DNA of 64,000 nucleotides, from the IMG/VR virus record IMGVR_UViG_3300028829_003504, positions 1 to 64,000 of that record; one strand, 5' to 3'. A program made the translations under genes and the position numbers. The notes below the pieces were generated by a model. The model was not told the origin of the DNA. It did no database searches and worked only from the letters and a program-made list of their open reading frames with translations. Each line of letters starts with the position of its first letter. The first letter of the stretch is position 1. Shown in pieces: positions 57,122 through 64,000 of this stretch.

Positions 57122-59067
57122 TAGTATATATCCTTAAGTCCATCTAAACCGTATCCTCTCTCAGGGGCAAGCTCCTCAGAAGTAGGACCCTTAGAAGTGT
57201 CATACTCCACTAGGTCGACGGGGACTGTATCAAAGAAATAAACTGAATCCTCACTATCGTGTTTCTCATAATAGAAGTTACCTGTGGCATTAGGGACTCT
57301 GGTTATGAAAAGCTCATTCATGGCCCTCGTCAAGCACACGTATAGGATTCGTCTCTCTTCTTCGATCTGCTTATCACTACCTTGACTTCGGGCGTGTGGA
57401 TAGGAACCCGAACTTACATTAAGTGCAAAGCAGATTTTAGATTCAGCGCCTTTGGCGGAATGAACTGTTATTATAGTTACTAAGTCATCTTCGTCCGTTC
57501 TATCGGCTTCGGTCGAAGACATAGGTTCCAAAGTAAACGCATCAACAAAACGCTTAACCTTCTTATATCGCTTAGTGATCTTTTGGATAAGATCAAAATC
57601 TTTTTTCCTCTTATCCCAGTCCTTATATCTATTTTTCAGTAGATTAGACATAAGTTCGATAGACGCAGCGATACATTTTTGTGTATCTTCCTTGAGGGCT
57701 CGAATACGTTTAAATTCATCTATGGCCGCTATCCCATGGCGCTCCATACCTTCGTCACTGATGGTACCTTTATCTCTAAAGCTACTTACTATGGTATCTG
57801 CCGTCTTCTGTCCGACTTTAGGCCATAGCTGTAGGTATCTTGACCAGGCAAGGTCGTCACGCCTGTTTACGACTAGGCGTAACAGTGAAACTAAATCTTT
57901 AACATGAGCTGCTTTGTTGATAGCAGTTCCGCCTACGAATAAGTAGGGAATACCTCGTTTAAGGAATTCCGCTTCCACATAGCGAGCATCGTTGGCTGTT
58001 CTAACTAAGACCATCATATCGTTATAGGCTATATCTTTACTATATCTCTGTTCGATCTGATCTGCGACGTACCAAGCTTCTGTATAGTTGTTTTTAAAAT
58101 CCAAAAATTGAGGCTTGTATTCAGCTAGGCCCTTAGCCGCCTTTAAGTTGGCGCTGTAATCTAAGTTAGACTGACCTAACAGCCAGTTCGATACATCTAG
58201 AATTTCTTGATTACTACGGTAGTTAACATTTAAAGGAATGACTTCGCTACTTTTGAAGTTCTTCGTAAACTCGTATATATGCTTGAACTCAGCGCCCCTA
58301 AAGCCGTATATGGATTGCGCAGGATCTCCTACACAAAACAAACGGACTTTTTCTTTCGCAAATAGTCGCAGGAATCTAAACTGAATAGGATTTGTATCTT
58401 GGACTTCATCTACGCTCATTTCGTGAAATCTTGAACATAAATCTTTTCTGAGTTTCGGTTTTGCTTTGAGTGTTTTGACTACCATATCTAAAAGATCATC
58501 GAAGTCCAGGTAACCTCGTTTCTTCTTTGCTTTCTTATATGCAGAAATAATCGACTGACTCTTTTGGATTTCTTCGTCACATAGGTCTGTGTTTTCTTCA
58601 AGGTAGCTCTCTATGTCAATACAAGTGTTTCGACTATATGAGAAATATTTAAGTAGCTGGGTAGAGGTTACATCTAACTTATTCTTCTTATTTTCAAATT
58701 CTTTCCGCGTAAGATCCAGTAGAATCTTCTGGTCCTCAGAATCTAAAATAGTGCTACCTTTAAGCCCGAAACTTTTAGGCATTCGTTTTATCATACGTAA
58801 ACATATAGAATGGAAAGTACCTGTGACTATTTTACGAGCATCAGGGCCAATAGCCTGCGTAAGCCTGTCTTTAATTACTTTGGCTGCTCTGTTTGAGAAC
58901 GTTATTATGATAAGTGCTTTTGGGTCTACGCCTATGCTTATTAGGTACTCGGCCCGTGATATAATCACTTTAGTTTTGCCCGTACCTGCCCCAGCCATTA
59001 CTAATAAATTATTAGATGGACCTTCATAGTAAGCGGCTTTAGCTTGTTGTGTATTTAATTTAGACAT
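57121..59067 (-). CDS. UvrD/Rep/PcrA-family SF1 helicase
   Basis: LNTQQ, AGAGTGKT, TFSNRAA, TFHS, VDEVQDTN, VGDPAQSIYGFRGA, NYRS, TVHSAKGAE, EERRILYVCLTRA. Confidence 0.95.
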   Translation of the reverse strand: MSKLNTQQAKAAYYEGPSNNLLVMAGAGTGKTKVIISRAEYLISIGVDPKALIIITFSNRAAKVIKDRLTQAIGPDARKIVTGTFHSICLRMIKRMPKSFGLKGSTILDSEDQKILLDLTRKEFENKKNKLDVTSTQLLKYFSYSRNTCIDIESYLEENTDLCDEEIQKSQSIISAYKKAKKKRGYLDFDDLLDMVVKTLKAKPKLRKDLCSRFHEMSVDEVQDTNPIQFRFLRLFAKEKVRLFCVGDPAQSIYGFRGAEFKHIYEFTKNFKSSEVIPLNVNYRSNQEILDVSNWLLGQSNLDYSANLKAAKGLAEYKPQFLDFKNNYTEAWYVADQIEQRYSKDIAYNDMMVLVRTANDARYVEAEFLKRGIPYLFVGGTAINKAAHVKDLVSLLRLVVNRRDDLAWSRYLQLWPKVGQKTADTIVSSFRDKGTISDEGMERHGIAAIDEFKRIRALKEDTQKCIAASIELMSNLLKNRYKDWDKRKKDFDLIQKITKRYKKVKRFVDAFTLEPMSSTEADRTDEDDLVTIITVHSAKGAESKICFALNVSSGSYPHARSQGSDKQIEEERRILYVCLTRAMNELFITRVPNATGNFYYEKHDSEDSVYFFDTVPVDLVEYDTSKGPTSEELAPERGYGLDGLKDIY

Positions 59068-59750
59068 TAGCAGAATCTATCCTTCTGTAATCTATAGTAA
59101 GTAGAAGCTATATGTTCAATAACCTCATGTTTGGGTATGCAGACAACCTTAACACCTTTGGCCTGCAGATCAAGTAGTGGTTGTACGAGCCTATGCTGTT
59201 CGGTGAAATAAACTTCTTTGATGCCTGCCTTTAATATCCGTATACAGCATAACTCACAAGGACTACGAGTGGCCACTATAGATAAACCTTTTGTGTCTAT
59301 AGATAGGTCTCCAAGTTTGTCTAAAGCATTACGCTCTGCATGTATTACGATGTCTTGACCTAGGCTTTCGCCTTCATCATCTTCACATCTATTATCAGTG
59401 CCTGACTTCGTTCCATTGTAGCCGTCGCTTAGTATATTTGGAACGTCATGTCTATTATCGACTACTAACGCTCCTACCTTTAAATCAACAGCGTGTGATA
59501 ATTCGGCATTAGTGTAGGCTTTCGCTAACCAGCTAATAACATGCTTACGTTTAAGGAGACTGTACTTTGTAGCATCGTAGGCGATATATCCGTCTGCGCC
59601 CGTGTAAGAACCCGCAGAGTCAAGTCCTTGTAGGGTAGTAGGTCCCCCTGACATAAATTCTGTAGGAACAGCGAATGCCTTGGCAATCTTACTTAGTACA
59701 CGGCTGTGGTCGATATCAGGCTCAGGTTGAGGTTTATTAAGATCGGTCAT
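59067..59750 (-). CDS. dCMP deaminase with N-terminal extension
   Basis: KVGAL, GYNG, HAERNAL, SPCELC. Confidence 0.88.
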   Translation of the reverse strand: MTDLNKPQPEPDIDHSRVLSKIAKAFAVPTEFMSGGPTTLQGLDSAGSYTGADGYIAYDATKYSLLKRKHVISWLAKAYTNAELSHAVDLKVGALVVDNRHDVPNILSDGYNGTKSGTDNRCEDDEGESLGQDIVIHAERNALDKLGDLSIDTKGLSIVATRSPCELCCIRILKAGIKEVYFTEQHRLVQPLLDLQAKGVKVVCIPKHEVIEHIASTYYRLQKDRFC

Positions 59751-60088
59751 TACTTCTTCCTCATTCTTCCAATAGGATTGCGACTGGCTGCATCGTATAG
59801 GTCCCAGACGATAGGTACACTCTCAATACCTAAAGGTAGTTTCGTATATAGGATGCCTCCATGGACAGGAGTAGCAAACTCAAACTGTGAACTTTCTCTA
59901 GCTCCTAACTTAGACTCTATCCAATTACGTAGAGTGTAAATGACTCGACCTGAGGTAAAGCATCTATGTAATCTTCGTATGTCTTTAAATGATATGAATA
60001 CTCCGAAGGTAGATCGTATTGAAGAGGATTCGTACTGTATCTCCCGGCTGTGACTCATAGGTTCTTTTAACGTCCACCATCTATTCAT
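59750..60088 (-). CDS. hypothetical protein
   Basis: 112 aa, GAGG RBS. Confidence 0.55.
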   Translation of the reverse strand: MNRWWTLKEPMSHSREIQYESSSIRSTFGVFISFKDIRRLHRCFTSGRVIYTLRNWIESKLGARESSQFEFATPVHGGILYTKLPLGIESVPIVWDLYDAASRNPIGRMRKK

Positions 60089-60105
60089 AAATTTTACCTC
60101 AATAT

Positions 60106-60126
60106 AAAGAAAGGGACCTAAGTCCC
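60106..60126 (-). terminator. possible terminator
   Basis: GGGAC-TTAG-GTCCC-TTTCTTT on the - strand. Confidence 0.55.
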
Positions 60127-60142
60127 AATCAAATAAGTTAGT

Positions 60143-60622
60143 TTACTGTTCTCGACTCAGTCTACGGAGTCTAGCCTCTTCTAACAATAGTTCAAATTTA
60201 ACTTCATCGGCCTTTATATCTTCAACAGTTTCGATAACTTCAATCTGTTCAATGTTTTCGGCTTTGGTGATAGTAACTCGGTCGGTACTATCAACTACGT
60301 TTGTATTAAACGGAGATCGCTCTTCTGGATTGGATGAAATTGACAGGTTTGCTTTACGCCTTTCTTCGTTGTAGTTTTGCCTAATCTCATGAGTGCCTTT
60401 AGTCCAAGCACTATGGATTAATCCTACTCCGTAGAAGAGTGACCAGTACCCAAACAACGCTGCAAATATAGCATATAAGATAGTACGAAATTCCTCTATA
60501 AAGAAGTCTCTGTCTACTGCCCAGTACTTAATGCGCAGCGCGTGGTACTGTCTCATTCGAGGGTGCAGGATATAGACAAAAGGATATATGATAATTAAAA
60601 ATATTTTAGCAATAATCCCCAT
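60143..60622 (-). CDS. membrane protein
   Basis: Two hydrophobic segments; coupled to the upstream lipoprotein gene. Confidence 0.6.
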   Translation of the reverse strand: MGIIAKIFLIIIYPFVYILHPRMRQYHALRIKYWAVDRDFFIEEFRTILYAIFAALFGYWSLFYGVGLIHSAWTKGTHEIRQNYNEERRKANLSISSNPEERSPFNTNVVDSTDRVTITKAENIEQIEVIETVEDIKADEVKFELLLEEARLRRLSREQ

Positions 60623-61662
60623 TACTTATCACCATCTTCGCAAGAACCATCTTCCGAATTAGCATCACACTCAGAGGCAGCAGACACTTGAGCTTCAACC
60701 GATGCAATACGTTCCTTGAATGCTTTAAGCGCAGAAGCATTATTTACACTTACATTTGTTGTTTTCTCTAGTGCGGGTAATAGCATAGAAGGGTCAACCG
60801 CAAAAGGAATACCCGCATCGGCAAAGCGATTCGCAGTTTGCTGCCAGCCGTACGCTAATGTTCTAGGTGACATAAAATCCCGCTGAACCCCAAGCAACTC
60901 AAGTTCGTTTAAAGTTTCTTTCATACGGATAAGTTGCATACGAGCCATGCGGCGTTCTTTCATATCCAGTTCTTGTTTCTGTATAAGGTCATCGGAGATT
61001 AAACCTTCTTTACGTTTTTTCTTATCGATTAACTCACTAGGCTGGGCTATTCTACGTACCTGTACTTCAAGTACAATTAAAGGGCTGTTAATTTCTTCTA
61101 AATGGTCTTCAACGGCTTTACGCATTTTATCAAAGATATTACCGTTCTTTGCTATATTATAGTAAGCTACGCTTAACGTAAGAGGTTCAAGTATAGGTCG
61201 GATTTTAGATTTTATGGCAGCAGGGTTTAAATCAACCGAAGTTATGTCATACATGTTTGTTCTGAAAATTTGGTTATCCCGGGTATTACCTGTAACGCTG
61301 TATTTATATTGCTTGGCCGTTAACATAGCGCGTTCTCGTATTTTAGCAGAACCACCTAGTTTACTAAAAGCTACCTTAATATCAAGCTCCAGTGTTAAGT
61401 CCATATCATTAGACATAGGCATTGCGTACTCGCCTTTGATGTTTACTATTTCCTGGTGGGCTGGGAATATGTGGGCATCGTCACAGTGCTTTTCACAAAA
61501 ATCATTAAGCATGATGTTTTCACCGCTATACATACGTGTGTCCCACTCACCGCTAGATAGTAATTCGAAGGCAATTTCGTTTTGTTTAACAGGCACAACT
61601 TTAGTACATGCAGTTATACACAGGACTACCATTAATACGGTAATGGTTTTATATATACTCAT
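60622..61662 (-). CDS. lipoprotein, SPFH/band-7-like
   Basis: Lipobox ITAC, ACTKVVPV..NE start, LDIKV, PLIVLEVQVRRI..P followed by a coiled coil. Confidence 0.6.
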   Translation of the reverse strand: MSIYKTITVLMVVLCITACTKVVPVKQNEIAFELLSSGEWDTRMYSGENIMLNDFCEKHCDDAHIFPAHQEIVNIKGEYAMPMSNDMDLTLELDIKVAFSKLGGSAKIRERAMLTAKQYKYSVTGNTRDNQIFRTNMYDITSVDLNPAAIKSKIRPILEPLTLSVAYYNIAKNGNIFDKMRKAVEDHLEEINSPLIVLEVQVRRIAQPSELIDKKKRKEGLISDDLIQKQELDMKERRMARMQLIRMKETLNELELLGVQRDFMSPRTLAYGWQQTANRFADAGIPFAVDPSMLLPALEKTTNVSVNNASALKAFKERIASVEAQVSAASECDANSEDGSCEDGDK

Positions 61663-61907
61663 TTTATTTCCTTTATTTTATCAACAGGCCAACTGACCCA
61701 AATGTTATGGCTACCACTAGTGTAACCTCTACAGCCTTGACTGCTAGTATCGAACTGCGTCCAGGGCATATTAGTTTCTTTACAGATACCGTTGTTCCAC
61801 GCTTGCTTCTCAGCCTGCCTTGCGTATACAGCTACCAATGAGATGGCGATGATGAAAAGTAAAGCAGGCCAATACTCTAATGTGAATGAGGTAATAATTA
61901 AATTCAT
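61659..61907 (-). CDS. small membrane protein
   Basis: TM helix followed by WNNGIC...W..FD.SSQG.RGY. Confidence 0.65.
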   Translation of the reverse strand: MNLIITSFTLEYWPALLFIIAISLVAVYARQAEKQAWNNGICKETNMPWTQFDTSSQGCRGYTSGSHNIWVSWPVDKIKEIK

Positions 61908-61915
61908 AGTAACCT

Positions 61916-62626
61916 CTACAAGAATCGTTCAGGTATAGCACCCTTGACTATATGAAGGCAATCCTCGTATGAGTACGTACAGCTATACATACAATAATAC
62001 ATGTTAGCCACAATAGTTACGACTTCTGTATCTTTGTTTATGCTGCCCCACATCCCGAGACCTGGCCACAATACAGCCTGGGTATTACGTTTAACAAAAA
62101 CATTATCTTTCTTATATCTTAGGATTTCAGAAAATACTGTTCTTATGTCACAATTAGATACCATCTCGCCAATGTGTCCCGACACGTCTACTCTATAAAC
62201 ATTACGCACAAGCTTCCCGAAACTTAGGACAAGTTTCGTTCCTTCCGTAACAGTAGTAACCGAGTGAGGAATTATATCAGGCCTAAAGGTAATAGAATCG
62301 AAGCCTAATAGTTTTCGTCGCTTGATATATGCGGCCTTATTCTTCTTATGTCCCCATAGTTGAAGGACACCTCCACGTAAGGCATTACGTAAGGTGACGT
62401 CCGTTCTAAGATAATCATATCCTGCCCACCAGTGAGAATTATCTACGTGTTGGCATATCTTAGTGCCTTCTTGATACTTAATTAATTTAAGGTCACGCCT
62501 GATTAACTTGCTTAGCCATTGAGGTATGAGCCACATGACTAAGTATGGAGTTAAGAAGCTTGCGTTTTGCTTGTGTTCAATCCACTTTAAGAACTTTCTA
62601 TTTTTCCAGAGGTACATTACCTTCAT
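61916..62626 (-). CDS. 2OG-Fe(II) oxygenase-like protein
   Basis: Y..G...HVD, GG.L, FRPD..PHSV..V..G.K.VLSFG. Confidence 0.75.
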   Translation of the reverse strand: MKVMYLWKNRKFLKWIEHKQNASFLTPYLVMWLIPQWLSKLIRRDLKLIKYQEGTKICQHVDNSHWWAGYDYLRTDVTLRNALRGGVLQLWGHKKNKAAYIKRRKLLGFDSITFRPDIIPHSVTTVTEGTKLVLSFGKLVRNVYRVDVSGHIGEMVSNCDIRTVFSEILRYKKDNVFVKRNTQAVLWPGLGMWGSINKDTEVVTIVANMYYCMYSCTYSYEDCLHIVKGAIPERFL

Positions 62627-63422
62627 CCTTACTAATATTGAAGTTTACATTAACAGATTTAACAGTTGCATTAGGCATTATATGCAAATCAACTATCGTT
62701 TTAGGTGTTTGTATAGTAGCAGTGAAGCTCGCGTTTGTTCGGGCGTTATCTGTCCACATCTCCTCGTCAATCTCATACAAGAAACGACTCTTACCTTCTT
62801 CACCTGTAGGGTTATAGTCTACTACACTAGGCTCCAAGTTAATGAAGCTACGTGCCTGAAGCTTATATCCAAATAACAAGTGATACCATTTAACATCTTT
62901 AATGGTACTGCCTAGTACTCTACAAAGATATCTATTCCACATACCGCGTGCAGCACTAACGCCTTTCATTGTAGTCCATGTTTCTTGGTGTGCTGCTACT
63001 TTACTGTCAGTTAAAGATTTACATTGCACCATGGACTTCATCTGTTCTTCGAGGCTAGCGGACATGTCCTCTATCATATCGTCGTTAGTTGGCTTGTTGA
63101 TGTAAGCCGCAGTGACTTCCTCTACACTCTTTTGTACCATAGAGTTAAGGCGTCTTATAGCAGCGGCCTCTAGGTCATTATGATCGTTCTCGACTGATGT
63201 GGGACCCCAAATAGAAGGTTCTTCTTCTAAATCAATTTCATCGAGATTCCCCACTTTAGGATCATGATCAGTGGTCCATACTTTCCAAGTATCTCCTTCG
63301 ACGTGTATATAATCTAAGACCTTTTTAGGGCAATGTACGAAGCGGCCTAAGCCTTCAATGGTTAACTCCCTGCTAGGCTGGCAACCAACGATATCGCAAG
63401 GACATTCCATATCCACACTCAT
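62598..63422 (-). CDS. protein containing a tail-sheath C-terminal-like domain
   Basis: Ungapped alignments to the C terminus of the sheath at 6464 (IRR...SV...P; IVD....P....K). Confidence 0.6.
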   Translation of the reverse strand: MSVDMECPCDIVGCQPSRELTIEGLGRFVHCPKKVLDYIHVEGDTWKVWTTDHDPKVGNLDEIDLEEEPSIWGPTSVENDHNDLEAAAIRRLNSMVQKSVEEVTAAYINKPTNDDMIEDMSASLEEQMKSMVQCKSLTDSKVAAHQETWTTMKGVSAARGMWNRYLCRVLGSTIKDVKWYHLLFGYKLQARSFINLEPSVVDYNPTGEEGKSRFLYEIDEEMWTDNARTNASFTATIQTPKTIVDLHIMPNATVKSVNVNFNISKDEGNVPLEK

Positions 63423-63928
63423 TAGTAGATACCTTTACTAGCCAGGACTTGGTTCATTTCCATTTTCATTTTCTCAACAGCCATTGCCATCATGTCTCCG
63501 AACATATTAGTAGCCATGGTATTTGCGTGCTTTTCAAACTTGGCCTGCATAGCATCACTAGTGGCTATTTCAAGTTCTTCTTTATTATCAACCCATAGAC
63601 GTTGAATACTACACTTCCAGTCGTCGCCTTCCAGAAGCTTGGTCATCATAGGCTGTATTTCTTCAATCATGGCAGACCACACCATGTTTCTGAAAGGAGA
63701 GACCGAGGTCTGTACGTCATATAAAGTATCATTGCCGTGGAATCTACCATTGTATCTGCTAATGGTAACCTTTTTAGTAGGTTCTTCAAAGAATGCTTTC
63801 CACTCTTTCTCCACAAGAGCTTGGAACTGTTCGTCAGGTAATAAGTCAATCATTGTACCTTTGACCATGTTGCCTACTTTTTCTTGTATAGCTTTTGGGT
63901 CAAAATTTGTCATAGCATTAGTGCTCAT
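63422..63928 (-). CDS. hypothetical protein
   Basis: ATG at 63928 with GAGG RBS preferred over the track start 63961. Confidence 0.65.
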   Translation of the reverse strand: MSTNAMTNFDPKAIQEKVGNMVKGTMIDLLPDEQFQALVEKEWKAFFEEPTKKVTISRYNGRFHGNDTLYDVQTSVSPFRNMVWSAMIEEIQPMMTKLLEGDDWKCSIQRLWVDNKEELEIATSDAMQAKFEKHANTMATNMFGDMMAMAVEKMKMEMNQVLASKGIY

Positions 63929-64000
63929 GTTATATCCTCTCTGATGGGTGGTGGTCTTCAAAAATATGAGGGAACATAATATTTGCTTCCTCTTCTGTGA

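Noticed and set aside
60947-63944. + strand ORFs overlapping the - strand genes
   Set aside because: They are antisense shadows of longer, motif-bearing - strand CDSs.

Overview
This is a 64 kb piece of a lytic jumbo myophage genome (about 40% GC by eye, dense ORFs; I saw no rRNA, tRNA, CRISPR array or integrase). It has two convergent blocks that meet at a bidirectional terminator near 34.74 kb. The + strand block (1-34613) is the virion module: scaffold-like protein, major capsid protein, sheath, two tube-fold proteins, baseplate hub/spike genes and Ig-like fibre proteins. It also carries a family of basic proteins sharing an N-terminal S-x-S leader, a type IB topoisomerase, DAHP synthase and dTMP kinase. 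The - strand block (34770-64000) holds many small, probably early/middle genes behind a repeated AAACTGTAAATA motif: Dam-like methylase, a PEP-CTERM protein, Gmk, DHH phosphoesterase, NAMPT plus NadM-Nudix (NAD salvage), RNase H, ThyA, GNAT, two MazG-like proteins, UvrD, dCMP deaminase, an SPFH-like lipoprotein and a 2OG-Fe(II) oxygenase. The most striking inference is that the - strand block carries truncated stand-alone look-alikes of virion/packaging proteins (two mini tail tubes, a mini capsid domain, a terminase-ATPase remnant, a sheath C-terminal domain, possibly a portal peptide) plus an acyl carrier protein whose phosphopantetheine Ser is replaced by Glu; these could be a decoy set against pattern-recognition anti-phage defences. 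There are also several ORF-free, highly base-paired regions, the largest a roughly 670 nt RNA on the + strand at 41623-42291. All homology calls come from motifs and by-eye alignment; no searches were run.
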